DNA of 64,000 nt from the human T2T-CHM13v2.0 reference genome, Homo sapiens, in NCBI RefSeq assembly GCF_009914755.1, contig NC_060942.1, one strand, 5' to 3'. The notes under the pieces are model-generated. The model had not been told where the DNA came from. It saw nothing but the letters and a program-made list of their open reading frames with translations, and ran no database searches. How positions within the stretch are numbered: the stretch's first letter is position 1; every line of letters begins with the position of its first letter. The position numbers were made by a program, and so were the translations under genes. This document shows positions 12,905 through 28,838 of the stretch, piece after piece.

Positions 12905-14400
12905 TTACTAGTTATTGTAACAAATTTCTAACTTCCTAACATGAACTTTATAACTTAAGGCAACAGAAATTTATTCTCACACAGCCTGCAGAAGTCTGAA
13001 ATCAAGGTGTTGGCAGGGCCGTGCTCCTTTCAGAAGCTTTAGGGGAGATTCCATTCCTTGCTTCTTCTAGCTTCTGGTGGTTCTTGCCACGTGCTGGTTC
13101 ATTGGTTTCATCACTCCAGTCTCTGCCTCCATCTTCATGTGGCCTTCACTTCATTTGGTTTTCAAATCTCCCTTGTGTATCTCCAGAAAGGTACAGATTA
13201 TTGGATTTAAGGTCAACCCATGTAATCTAGGATGATCTCTTCATCTCTAGATCTTTACATTAATTACCTGTGTAAAGTTTTTTTTTTTTCCGAACTAGGT
13301 CACATTCACAGGTTTTGAGACACAGACTTATCTTTTGGGGAACCACTACTCAGCCAACCCTCTGACCCCAAAACATGGTCCTCCAGCCCATGTGTAAAAT
13401 ACGTTCACCCTATCCCAACATCTAAAAGTCTCAACCCACTATAGTGTCAAATCTAAGTCCAAAATCCCATTTAAATATCTTCAACTCAAAAGTACCAAGT
13501 TTCATCATCTAAATCATCTGAATCAGATATGTCTGAGCCTCTGGGTGTGATCCATCTGTGGGCAAAATCTCCATTCATCTGTAGACCTGTGAAACTAAAA
13601 AAAAAGTTATCTGCTTCTAAAATACAGTGATGGGACAAGCATAGGATAGACATTCTCATTCCACAAAAGAGAAACTGGAAGGAATAAAGGGGCCACAAGA
13701 CCCAAGCTAGTTTGAAATCCAGCAGATCAAACTCCATTATATTTCAGAGCCTAAGAATAATACTCTGTGGCCCAGTGCTCCACTCTGGGCTCACAGTTCT
13801 GCCGGCTTCTGCTTCTGGGCTCAAGGCTCTCCCCTAGGGATTGTTTTCCTTTTCCTTGAACAATAGTATATTTTCAGCCAAGTGGCTCTATCAGCCTGTT
13901 TTCTTCCTGTAGAATTCCGGAAGTCTAACAGCCTTCCTTCATCTCATCCTGTCTCTGTCCTCATTCTGTCCAAGCTGGTAGTGTTTGTGCTGATACAACA
14001 TTTTCATAAGCCTAGTGGGTCTCCTGTGTATGTTAGAGGATCCAGGTCATTAGACAAGAGAGGCCTCCATGGAATTTTCAAGGATAACCCCATTCTTATT
14101 CCTGGCTTCTGCTGACATGGCTGATTGGATCCATGAGTCACACACATAATCCCCTTAGCAAAGGGCTGTCCAGCCATTCCCTTGACCCTCTCTCCAGAGC
14201 ACCTTTCCCCACAGTGGACAGCCTAATTTTAATATCCTTTGCAATCTGGATAGCCGAGAATCTTCCAAACTATCAAATGCTGATGTCTTTGGCTTAATAG
14301 TTTCTCAATTCGTCTCTTTTCCACTTCCATTTTATTATAAGCAGCAATGAGAAACCAGGCTGCATCTTCAAAATTTGGCTTGGAAATTTCAGCTAAATTG
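12905..14400 (-). mobile_element. MLT1 (ERVL-MaLR) LTR (about 12905-13355) plus adjoining internal sequence
   Basis: caacagaaatttattctcaca...agaagtctgaaatcaaggtgttggcagggcc...ggtcacattcacagg, followed by MaLR-int motifs (gttatctgcttctaaaatacagtgatgggacaagcataggatagacattc). Confidence 0.8.
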
Positions 14401-14472
14401 AATAAAAAGTTTAATTCTTAGATTTATTCTATCTGTGAAGAAAAATAACCTGCAAATCATGCAGAAAAAATA

Positions 14473-14782
14473 TAATCATCCCTCAGTATCCAGGGGGGAT
14501 TAGTTCCAAGACTGCCCCCCTCCTCCCCACCAGGACACCAAAATCTGCAGCTACTCAAGTCCCTGATATAAAGTGGTGTGCCATGTGCACACCCTCCCAT
14601 AGCCTTTAAGCCATCTCTAGATTGTATATATTACCCAATACAATGTAAATGCTATGTAAATAGTTCTTATACTATATTATTTTTTATTTGTATTATTTTT
14701 ATTGTTTTTTTCCCCCAATATTTTTGGACCGAGGTTGGTTGAATCCGCAGATGCAGAAATTGCAGATACGGAGGGCTGACTG
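14473..14782 (+). mobile_element. MER2 MITE (TcMar-Tigger)
   Basis: tcatccctcagtatcc...gatacggagggctgactgta inverted termini; ctcaagtccctgatataaagtgg; ggttggttgaatccgcagatgcag. Confidence 0.82.
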
Positions 14783-14784
14783 TA

Positions 14785-15008
14785 CCTATAAAAAGAGGAC
14801 AGATCCCATGTTACGTGTTCTCTCCACAAAAGAAATAAACACAAACTGGAGGGGTACAAGGAAACTTTTGGAGATGACAGACATGTTTATTACCTTGATT
14901 GTGGTACAGGAGCACATGGATATATGCAAATTCATCACATTGTATACATTAAATATGCACAGTATTTTGTATCTCGATTATTTTTTAACAACCCTGTTTT
15001 TTAAAAAT
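14785..15008 (+). mobile_element. L1M 3' end fragment
   Basis: aaggaaacttttggagatgacagacatgtttattaccttgattgtggt...aaattcatcacattgtatacattaaatatg. Confidence 0.7.
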
Positions 15009-17428
15009 TGAGGTTCAAGGTGAATAAGGAAATAAGCTACTTGAAATGATTTTATAATACTGACATATTTATTATGCCTCAGTGTATATCTTACTGAGTA
15101 TCTTAGAGCACCTATGCCTCAGTAAGAATGAGGTGTCAAAATGGAGTAAACACTCCAAATATTATTGAAATACAACAAAGAAGGATAGTTTCAGGCGGAG
15201 TAGCCACATCATGCTGGAGGTTGCATCAACTGGTGGTGGTTACTGTGAGAAAGGAAGACTTGGAGGATCATGATAGCTCCTCACATGGCGTCGGGGTAAC
15301 TCCGGGGAACAGAAGGATAAAAATTATTGTGTTTGGTTTCAAAGTAAAAATGAATTGGTTCAAGGAGGCTGTTCTGGCACAATAGAAAATGTTCTACACT
15401 CTGATTTGTCCCAAACAGCATCTACTGCCCCAAGGCAATGCATGCTGAGACAGAAGGCAAAGTAACCTTTTAGAGATTTTTATAGAGGTGCTTATGCGTT
15501 GGGTAAGTAGTTGTATTAAATTGTCCTTCATTCCTTTTTAACACTAAAACAGTGGGAACCCAGGCTGTAGGTAGAAGACCTCTTTTTCTACTCAGTTTCT
15601 CTAGCTATATAAGTTCCTCAAGGGAGGAGGATTGGCTAAGGTGCAAAAATGGTAAATTGATAGTACTTTGTTCCCAAGTGACTATTATTTTGACTGCAGC
15701 ACACAATGAATTTTTGTGGACAGAATGTAATGTGTGGGCACTCAGCTATACACAGATTAAAAGTTATGCTTTCTCAGAGATGTTGTTAACCATGGTTAGA
15801 TTTAAGACCAGTTTGCAGAACCAGGCAAATCTCTCAGGCACTCTCTGACTTCTGCACCATTTCCTCCCCTGTTACCTGAGCTCCTGCAACATTGAAGACT
15901 TAATTTGGGCGCTTCGCTTGAGTGCACATGTAATGTGGGTATATCCAAATTGGATATGTGTTGTTGTGGCTCAAAGATGGCCTTATTTACAACTGATGAT
16001 GTAAATACAGTTTTTCTCATGTCCACAGTGGCATAAATTTTAAATGCAGGAAAGTTGCTGTTTACTGGGTGTTTATCGGTCCTAAGGTTTATGCTTAATG
16101 AACTTCCTCTGCTTCTGAACTGGGATCATGGGCTCCTTGTTTTATGAAAGAAATCATTCCCTAAGCAAATGAGTCTCTCAGCCAGAAATGAATGATCTGG
16201 ACAGAATGATCTGGTGTTGTTTATAAGTAATATATGAAGTTGAATAAAACATCTAAGATAAGGAGAAAAGTCTATTTTTAGGGCTGTCTTCTCAGACTAA
16301 AGGTTTCTTCAAAATCCCTGTGCTTTTTCTTATAGTAGCTTTGTGGCCTCTCCTCACACTTAATACCTTCATTAGTTACAATTAGCACATCTTTTTCTCA
16401 TCCACTTTACAGGAAATAAATTTCTTATATCTTTACTAAATTCCAGGCTCTCAGAAATGTGTTTGTGAGGAAAAATATTTTCTGCTTCAGATAATGGCTT
16501 CTTTAGATGTTTGAAAAGTCTCCCTTTCCTTTTTAAACGTGATTTTACTATTTAATTAATGAGACAGTATACTGTCCTCCTTCTGTTGCTGATTCAACAT
16601 CTTAAGTGTGAGAAGCCTATATTGAGTTAACTGCAGTTATTGAAAATACCCATTTCTCTTGAGGTACTAAATTGCTCATTTTGAGAAATGAGTCAAATGT
16701 ATATATGAATAAAACAGTCTGAATTCCTGTAAATATACTTTCTCTAATATCCTAGCTTCACAAATCTTTTAGTTTCCAATCCTCTGATTATTTTTTTTTC
16801 TCAGTCCAATTCTGATTTGTAAAATCTTAAGTGAGTTAATTTCCTTAATTCTGGGGTGCTCTCTAAAGGCTGAGTGTGGATTGGGTGGTAGAACTCTGCT
16901 AATCTGCAGAAGACAAGGTCTGAGATCGTGATGGACTAGTAAGAAATCCACACACCCAAAAAGCATATGGAAGGGTGCAGAGGTGCGAGCCATAGTGTTG
17001 TATGTTAGCTCCTGATCAGTGATGTTTATCTAATAATTTTGGTGTTTTCCTCCTCTTTATGTGTCACTCTTTGACCTTGAACATGGTTCTACTTTTGCAG
17101 TTCTTATGGTATATTAAAATTATTTATGTTTGACTGCTGTAATAGACTCTGAGCTTCTTGTCTTTTCATGTTTATATCACCTCTTAACTTATGGTGCATA
17201 TTCAATTATTATTTATTGAATGAATGAAGATGTCTCCCCAAATACTACTTGTGAATCTTTTAGAATAGAGACACGTGGCTATCTCTGTCTTCCACTGGAC
17301 TGTGCTCTAACCCTGGTATCTTCAGATTTACCCCTGAAATGGACTTGATCTCTGGAATTTAGAACAAAATTAATTGTCATATTAATCATATTTTCATTGG
17401 TTTTAGTGAGAAACAGTTGAGAGGGTAG

Positions 17429-17820
<392 letters not shown>

Positions 17821-18667
17821 AGCTTTTTAGGTTTTTAAGCACATAGCCGTATTTCCAAGCATCTTGTAGTCACAGTGTTCATAGTATTTCCAGCAGCCCT
17901 TTAGTCAGCCTCTTGATTGTTATTATGCAAGTCTCTGTCTTACCCCTACCCCAGTTTTAATTCTGGAAACTGCAACATGATTGAAGTACGCACATAGCCA
18001 GAATTGGGATAGTTGTTAGAGTTAGTTCTAGGAGCATAATCCATAGTAAAGCGTTTGGAACATCTTGAATTGGTCTGAATATTAGTAAATAACTGGAACT
18101 ATTTTCAGGGGTTTTTTTTTGCCAGAATTATATTAGAGAAAACCTGATACATTTTATGATTTTATGCAACTCAGAAGTAATTACCAAATTCATAATTCTG
18201 TAAGAGATTTTTAATACTTGCATTATTAGAATATACCAGATTTATTATCTAGAAACCAGCCTTTGAAAGTTAATAAAATGCAGTTGTCAGAATTGCAAAT
18301 ACCTGTTAAATCTTATATATTATTTTATATGCATATAAACCATGCATAAGAAAATGAAGCTTCATAAAAAGTTGTAGGAACCTTTACAGATTACTGTATT
18401 TCTCTCCTCAACAATATAATACTTGTTCAGATTTGTTTTTTAATAAAAATTAAAGGAGATCCATCTTAATCTTAATATTTCCACAAAGTTTAAATGTTGT
18501 TTTAGAATCATTGCTTTTATACTTGTTTTTCTTAAAAATACTTAAGTATACCAGTTTAGAATACTGTTTGATTCTATAATAAGTATTCAAAAAATGGTAG
18601 GGATTATCTTTATTATTTAAAATGTGGTATTTGATACCTGCTAAGTTCCGTATTTTTCGTTTTAAAC

Positions 18668-18922
18668 ATTTTTAAATTGACAAAAATTACATATGTATGG
18701 TATAAAACATGCTTTGAAATGTGTGTACCTTGTGGAATGGCTACGTTAAGCAAAATGATATACATCACCTCTCATACATCATTTTTTTGTAGTGAGAATA
18801 CTTAAAATCTACTCTCCCAGCGATTTTCAAGTATAGAATACATTGTCATTAACTACATTCATCATGTTGTACAGTAGATCTCTTGCAGTTATTTCCCATG
18901 TCTAACTAAAATTATAGATCCC
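18668..18922 (-). mobile_element. L1MA 3' end fragment
   Basis: ttgtggaatggcta...gtgagaatacttaaaatctactctcccagcgattttcaagtata...catgttgtacagtagatctcttg. Confidence 0.8.
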
Positions 18923-21900
18923 TATTTATTATTTTCCAGGATAGAAGATTTTTAGAGGTGACAGGCCATGTAGATAAGGCTGGAGAAGTTCTTGAACCTT
19001 TAAAATTATGAGAAGGACCTTTTCATATGCATGGATACCTGGGCCCTGCTCAGAAATAATTGAAAACCCCAATTAAGAAAACAAAAACCTTTTCAGATAT
19101 ATTGCAAACAGCATATTGTAAACCAATAGAACAAGTTACGGTTAGACATTTCAAATATTTTTTGTTCTTGGCTTTACCAAAGAAGTAGTCATTTTATGAG
19201 ATGGAAGAAATGAAGCCTTTCAGGGTTGATTTCCCCAGAAGTAGATGATTGGATGCATCCCATGTGAAGACTTCTGGGTGTGTTGTGTTTGAGCATGTGG
19301 AGGGTAAAGAAGTTCTGGCTGGCATGCTTTCTTAGAGTGTCTACCACATATCTATGCTTGTTATGTGCAGCCAAGCATGAAGCCTGTTGTTCTCACTCTC
19401 ATCCTAGTCATCTTCCCATTGAGAATTATTTTTCTATTTGGGTGATTACCCAGGTCCAGGGGCACTAATCCTGCTTCCTGTAGGATGGTTGGGTATGACA
19501 AAGTGTAAGGTTGCATTGGGCTCATGGTATGGGTGCAATTATTAAAGTTATGTGTCAAATCGAAGCTGATTTGAAGTTAAAGGAATAAGGTATAGTTCAA
19601 GGTCATTGAAAGCGGTAAGATTTAAAGAACAGAATCACAGATTTGTTTGTAAACAGTGATATGTATTTTTATGTGAGGAACTAGAAAAAGAAGGTTCAGT
19701 AAAAAACTACAAGTGAGTTTCTTGTCGTTTGCTACCTTTTAATCTCAAGTTTTTAAATTTTCACTTCTGTGTTCTATTGTGCCTTGTTGTCAGATATTTA
19801 AAACAGTAAACATATAATTGTTCGATGAGAGAGCTATTTCTGTTCATTCTGGACCTGGATGCACTGAGCAGTTCAAAGTTTATTTCACCAGTTTATCTGG
19901 AGAATGTTGTTCATTTATCAGTTTCTGCATTTGAGAGTTAACTTGCTAAAATTGATTTCATCCTATATTCCTTGGCTCAAGTTGATTACACCAATCAGAA
20001 TCTCTCCATTTTTAAAAAATTAACTCTGCTATTTAGCCATGCAGCATTAGTTGATAACATTTCTTTAGCATATATTTATGTGACCATGCAGTCTTGTCAC
20101 TTGGGTTCAGTAAAGTCTTGTCTCGCATTCTCCATTTAGCCAACATTGTTGGTGGTAATGACTTGGAATTAATGCAGTTTGTCAGCAGCTATAGAATGCA
20201 GTGATAGCAGGAACGTCCTTCTACATCTTCTTCAGACTGATGTATGAAATAGCATATCCCATTTATTTCTGTACCACATTATAAACAACATCTATGCCTG
20301 GCTTTGCTCAAGGATGGAGCTACTAACATCTGTGAAGATTGATACCATGGTTTATCATTTTACCAGGTGAAATTCATGGCAACCTTAAAAGCCTAAGCCA
20401 AGAGCTTAAAGTATTGCTCAGGTGTGGATCATGGATTGGATTAAATAGTGCCGTGAAAGCCATTTTACTCTTTCAGCTCCTTGGTGGTATATAGACACAC
20501 ACTTGACATTTGGTGGGGCTTTGAAGTTAATTAAGGCATCATTAAAGGCATGACTTTGAGTTAGTCTGCACTGAGATGCACCATGTGTGACCAAAAGAAA
20601 AAAAAAAGGCCAAGCATATTTGTCATTTCTACTACAGTGTGGTTATATCTTCTTTCTTATAAGATGTGTAAGCAATGTCCTGCAGTGTGTTTGTGCAGCA
20701 TTTATACCCAGAACTTCTTATGAAAAGCTGGCCATACTATGATTAAGTCCACTTGTGGTTGGGATTCAAAGTCCCCACAGTAGAGCTTGAGTTGGCTTAA
20801 GCAGATGAACAATCGTCAGACTTAGTTACTCTTTGTTGACTTACATCTGTATTGTGGCACCTAGGGTGCAGTGGGGCAAACTGTCACTGCCACAAGGGTG
20901 AAGTGAAAAGTATATGTCTATACTCTTTTATCTTTCATTTATCAGCTAGACACATGTTTCCTTCATGCAAGGGAAAGAAAATCACAAGGGCCCATGCTTG
21001 TCTCTCTTTAGAACTCTCTAGAATTAGCTTGTCATGAAATGTAAAACTAATGTGCAGTTGTAAAAACTGCTGCCAGCTTTTTCCTCACTGCAGGCTGATG
21101 GCTAAGTAGATTTGGAAATGAAAGGGGTTATTATAAAGTGATTACTGAATAGCTAGGTATGTCATCTTAAACAAGCAGCTAAAATCTCTGTGTTAGACAT
21201 TCAGGCTGTAGTCTTGTTTTGTATCATTCATATTTAAGATGATTTTGATTGTGGAGGAGTAATCAAGCACTGGGGTAATTTAAGAAAAAATATATACTGA
21301 GTGATTTTTTTCATTGCTTATTAAAATACATTAGAATTTAAATGAGGCATTCTCTAAAATGTGTAACTATTAAGTATGTACCAAATATAAAAATCTGAAT
21401 AGCAGTTGGCTTTAGTTCAGAGTTAAAAATTCTTCACTTGACTAAAAACGTATTTATCTTCTTTTAAAATTTAAGTAAAACGTATTGTAAAATAATATAT
21501 TGAAAATGGCATATATCAAAGAATGAATGGTTTAAAAATTATAACTCTTAATATCTTATTACTGTCAGTTTCATATGAGAGGGCAGATGCCTTGAAGAAT
21601 CTTAAAAGAAAAACAAAATTAAAATAAACTGCACTTTATTACAGCAAATGCGGTCATTTTCAATATCCTTCTATTCTTTTTAAATGCTTTTCTTGGAATT
21701 GCCATCTATGTTGCTGGCTTGAACAATCACATAACCTCTGACTCCTTCTCCCCTACCCTTGAGCTTCAGATCTAGTGTAAGTGACATGCTGGGTGTCCTT
21801 TGAGGATATCTCAAGCAGCAAGCAGTGGGAGGCATCTCAGCCTAGGCTCTTGTCCCATTGTCCCCTGTCCTGGCAATACTGCCTTCAGTTTGAGCTAGCT

Positions 21901-22819
21901 TTTTGGGTGTCTTTTTCCTGTCCCTTTTCCCACCTTCCTGCTGTACACCTGCCCAGCTAATTGATCACAGCCCATGGATTGTTTCTCATGTTGCCATTTT
22001 CTTGGTCCAGGCCTCATGTACTCATCGCCAAGACAGTTCCCCCTGTAGACCCTCCAACTCCCCCTTTTCTGCAGGCTTCCCCTCTTCACTCCGTCTCAAC
22101 CGCCTACAGCTGCTTATTGTGTCTGCTTCCCAGGTCCTCAGCCCTCTGTTCCCCACAGCTGGGCACACTGGGCTCAGTAGGCATAATCCTGTACTGTCTT
22201 CAGGCCCTTTGCTGACCTCATGCAAGGGAGATGTGAAGAGAACATACAGCTCAGCACCTAGTTCCCTTGCTTCTGGTTCCTGTATAGCCTGTTTTATCTT
22301 GGTGATACATGAGGAGATCAGATCCTAACTTATTAGCCCTACCAAGCAACAAGGTGCCTGTCTATGGTGGTACCTGGCCCTCTTTCTTAGTAGTATGCCT
22401 AGTATGTGCCGCAGATTCTAGTCCCTGCCTGGGAGCTTCTTAGTCACTGGTAGAATTTCTTAATGTTAACCTGAAGCCGCAGTTTTAGTCTGCTGCCCAG
22501 ACAGGCTGTGTGATCCCCTGACATTATATCTTCATCAATATGGTCCACTCTGCCTGGATTGTTTCTGCCCTCTTTCAATTATTTGGTCCTATGGTAGTAT
22601 CTTTATTATATGCTTGCTATTCTAAGTTTACATTAGAAATGAGACTTGAGTGTACTGATGCTGTTTTTTTGAGGTATGCTAGTTAGGTATTTTTTTTTTC
22701 ACTTCTTTTTCACGTTGTTCTCCATGTTGGGAGGAATGTTTATCCTACAATCCTGATGCTTCCATGGAGAAGTCAGGGCCACCTCCCCAACCCTCTTCCC
22801 TCTCCTGCTTCCTATCAAA

Positions 22820-23357
22820 CATAAACAAAGCTGGACACTAGTTAAAGTGATAATTATTGAAGTGGGGAAAAGAGTCCAGCATGATCTAAGGTCACCCTTG
22901 ATCTGTGCAGAGAGGACTGGGCATTTATAAATGAGAATGAGGGAGTAGGAAGGGGAGGGGGCGAGCTGGGTCTCAGGAGAGTCAGGGAAATGAAAAATTA
23001 TAAAAAGCAGAAAGGGAGGGTTAATCCATGTGAAACCATCTGGGTTTGTTAGCTAGTGCTTATAGAAGTTAAGTTTCTACTCTTTGGCAGAGACCGGGCT
23101 CCTGCACCCTCTAAGACTGGGAGTCAGGGAGCCCTATCTTCAAGTGATTGCCACGGAACAAACAACAAATTCTCTGTCTGGAGTTTTCTCAGGCAGGCAC
23201 TCTCAGAGGGGCTAGGATCATCCTACAGATGAAGCCTCGAGCTTTTAGAAACTGTGTTAGTGTTTGTTCAAGTCTTTATAGGCCAGGGTTGAGGCCTAGT
23301 CAACAAGAGAGCTCATTGGGGCCTGACAAGAGTTTGTTCAAGGGGAGAATCTTGGTA
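22820..23357 (-). mobile_element. ERV1 solo LTR, MER67/MER31 family
   Basis: Reverse strand begins accaagattctccccttgaacaaactcttgtcaggcccc...gactaggcctcaaccctggcctataaagac, matching the recalled MER67-type start. Confidence 0.65.
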
Positions 23358-23536
23358 AGCTCTCACTTCACCCTATGAGAAAAATGATTCATTGAATAGA
23401 TGACATTTGAAAAGGGAACCGAAGATATTCAGTCTGTTTCTTCTGGGCATTGTCCACGGGACACAAATGCTCTTTTCTGCAACTAGAGGTAAATTAACCA
23501 TCCCTAGGTGGGAGTGCAGAGTGCTTGGATCATCTA

Positions 23537-24980
<1,444 letters not shown>

Positions 24981-25068
24981 GGGACTTAAGTGAGGAAAAC
25001 TAAGAATGATTGTAATAGCAGACTTCCACAAATCAAGTCTTTTTTCTTCAGTCGCATATGTCAGTAAT

Positions 25069-25429
25069 TGATGTGGTTTGGCCGTGTCTCCACCCAAAAT
25101 CTCATCTTGAATTGTAATCCTTACGTGTCAAGGGTAGTGTCATGGGGAGGTAATCGGATCGTGGGGGCGGTTTCCTCCATGCTGTTCTCATGATAGTGAG
25201 TGAGTTTCACGAGATCTGATGGTTTTATAAGTGCTTGTCATTTCCCTTCTGGCACTTATTGTCTCTGCTGCCACCCTGTGAAGAGGTACCTTCTGCCATG
25301 ACTGTAAGTTTCCTGAGATCTCCCCAACCGTCCAGCCATGCAGAATTATGAGTCAATGAAACCTCTTTTCTTTATAAATTATCCAGTCTCAGGTATTTCC
25401 TCATAGCAGCATGAGAACAGACTAATACA
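25069..25429 (+). mobile_element. THE1 (C/D-like) solo LTR, ERVL-MaLR
   Basis: tgatgtggtttggccgtgtc...gagaacagactaataca with TG...CA ends; 5-bp TSD gtaat/gtaaa. Confidence 0.9.
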
Positions 25430-28400
25430 GTAAAAAAGTCTGATATTAGTGAAATCTTCACTTGTCTAAAATCAGTAGGTATATGTATCTCTCAGTTGAG
25501 AACCTGAAAGAGAAGACAGTTATTTATTGACCTTCTAAAACCTCCACATATTAATGCATAGCTGAGTATACCACTTACCCTCTGTGTATCTTGCATCTAT
25601 TTTCTATCTTGTATCCATCCTGTGTCAGCACTGTTGCGTTGATGTTTTTAAATCAGTTCCCAACTTGCAGCAGGGGAGGGAGGGAGCGGTCAGGGACGAA
25701 GTATGATTCCCTATCCCAGCCCCTCCCCAGGGCCCCAGTCCGTGTGTCTCTGGGTCCTCCTTGATGTGGTTTCCGTGCTTGAATCTATTACATTTTTTTC
25801 CATGACATCATTTATTCTCCCTGCCTTCCCCTTCCTCACAAGAAGATCTAGTTTCAGGGGCCAGCATTCCCCAGTATTCCCAGTGTGGTCAGATTGACTT
25901 TGTGCAGTTGCATCATTCATGGCATAAATGAGATATTAATAATACTATATGGCTGTCCTCCAGACCCATCCATACTCCTGGACCTCCAACTCAAAGCTAA
26001 GCATCACCACCTCCCCACACTTGCTCAGGGAGTGTTCCCCGCAACATCTGCCCACCATGTACTCTTGCAACAAGGTATTAATAAGCGAGAAGGTGTCTAG
26101 AACTTCAAGTGACCACTAGACCAAATAAAGGTTTTTTCTTAATTTGAAAGATTTGATTCTTCCCTGAGAATTCAACTTCAGAAAGAATGAACGAAACTAA
26201 GACTTTTTAAGTTATTTATCATATCTATAACCCATTAGAATTAATAGCTGTAGATCCTCATGAAAATTTTTAGTTAATTTTCAACACGGTAAGAATCATG
26301 AGCATTTTAAATTAAATGGAACACTAGATGGCAAATGAATGCTTTACCTTATTAAGATGATTCAATGTATTCCATAGTTTTTAGGCCACTTCTAAGCAGT
26401 ATTTCAAGGAAACATACTTGGTAGTAATAAAAAAAATTTTTGTGGCAAATAAACAATTAAAAATGAAAGATATGCACATCAAACTGTGATTCATTTTTAT
26501 AAGTTTAATGAAGAATTAGCTATATGATAATTCTTATTTTGTGACAGTTACATTGTTATTGTATTCAAGAAAGTAATACCTACAAAAATAGCAAATTTTG
26601 AAAAAGAAGATAGCACCAAAGAACAAAAATGTCTTGTTTTATATCAGTCACACAATGCACTTTCTCTAGGTGTTAAATTAGTAATACAGTATATGTGTGT
26701 ACATGTTTCCCATTCAGGGATTTGTGACCAGGTGGAATGAGGGTGGTCTCTGAGTCACCTGGAGAGCTTTATAAAACTCCACCTTACCCTCATCCCCAAT
26801 AGTGCTCCCCAGCCTCCCACCAAGATAGCTGAATGTCAGAACCTAGAGGGAAGAGGGTAAGATGGGTGTGGTACGTGGATGAATTGGCCAGGGACTCCTG
26901 GGGCTGTGCAACCCACACTCTCCTCATGTTGGTGGACTGTGAAGATCAAGGATGTCTGGAACTTTTTCCAGTTGAGTGCTATGGACTTGAGACCAAAGTT
27001 AATTTGGAAAGGAAGTTTGGGGTAGCCATTCATAAATACATGTAATAGACTCCTCTTGAAGGACTACGGAACAGATGATAGGCCTCCAAGAGTGTTAGAG
27101 TAAGTGAGTATGAATCCGTCCATTTTCAGTAAATAAATGATTGATTCCCTGGCTTCCAGGAAAACAATGAAAAACATCTACATTGCCTTTGTATTTTTTA
27201 AATCAGCAAATTGAGCTTACTCAGATTACCTTAGGCTTGAGAGAGATAGAAAAGTATTGCAAAGTAGTCTGACATTGGTGGGAAAATGGAGTTGATCCCA
27301 CACAAAAACTATGTTTAGGGAAAAATTGACATTAAAATGGAACAAATTTGGTAGCAAAATAAGGAGATAATTCAGCAGAGAGGTAAACTGCTCTTTATTA
27401 AGGAGCAAGCTTTTTTTTTTCTTAAGTTGTTTTATTTGTAACAGAAATAATTTCAAGTTAGAACCTGTATTTTCCTTCTTTCTATCTTTTTAAAATAAAA
27501 GTGGCGGGTTCATTTTTTCCATAGCATACCTCCTCCTGCCCTGCCATTCCAGTTGTCAGTGGGGTGCTGAGAACACACTCTTCTATTGAAACTGAGTTTT
27601 CTGTCATCTCATTCCCCAAGCTTCCCTGGAAGATTAGCAGGATGGAAAACCTAGGTTTAAAATAAGAACTAACTTATCAATCATAGGCTCTTTTAAATTG
27701 AGGAAGTCTTTTTTAAAAAAAAAAAAAGTTGGTAGTGAAAACACAGAAGAATAATTACAGTATAGCCATCAATCTAGCAGAGTTGAGTGTGGTCTTTTGT
27801 GAAACCATTTGCGTAGACTTGTAAACAACTTCAAATAGAAAACTATCTAATCATAAGAAGATTGTAAATACCAAAATAGGAGGCTCTAAACAGGTAAAAA
27901 TATTTTAAGTAACACTTATCTGCTTAGTATTAACTAGAGGTAATAGTTACATTTGGGCAAAACTGAAATTGTATTTGATTCACTTTTTTCATCACTAATT
28001 ACATTACTTCTGTAGCAAAGAGTGAATGGTTTGGGTTCTCTTTTGCCCTGGGTAAAATATCAGTTCCGGGTAAAATATCAGTTCCAAACTTCCAAGGCTT
28101 TTTGTGGATATCATAGCTTTATGAGGGTTACAAAAGGTCAAAACCCATTCCAAACCAATTTTTGACAGTTCTGAAAAACTCTGTGAAAATCATTTTGCCT
28201 CCTCCTGTTTTATATAGTCTGAAATAAATATCAAGGAAGTCTTTCACTGCAGACTCATATTTGTTTCATACAACAGTTTCCTTGTAAAGTTCATCTATAG
28301 GATGAATTGCAGCCTGTTTGTTCCACTGTATAGAAACAATTCAAGATTCTAATTTTGAGTGTAGCAGTGGTGCTCCTTCTATAGTGATGAACTTTACACT

Positions 28401-28838
28401 TTGGAAATGTCACCAAGGAGCTCAAGCAAAAACCGAACAGTTCCAGTGGTGAGTGAAATCCTTGTTTATAGTGCCTGTGTGACTTCCTTAAAACAGAAAA
28501 GCACAACAGAGATGTGAGTCACAACACAGAAACTTGGAAAGGCTTTTCACAGAAAATAGGTAAATACTGCAGAAAAGGAGATATTTCTAGAGTTGATTTA
28601 TGAGACAAAGAGTTGATTTATGATCTAAATGTTCGCTATATATTATATTGTGCTAGTATCCTTTTACCAAATATGTTGATTAACAAATGTAGGCATTTTC
28701 CAGGATAAAGATTCATGTTAATGGGATGAGATATGTAACTTGATGGTTACAGAATGCAGTAAGACATAGAGAAACATAATAAACATATATATATATATAC
28801 TGGGATCTTGACCATGTGAGTCCATGAAAGTCTGTGAG

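Noticed and set aside
19600-21300. Repeat-poor unique stretch as a conserved enhancer or hidden exon
   Set aside because: No recognisable ORF or motif pattern, and conservation cannot be judged without alignments.
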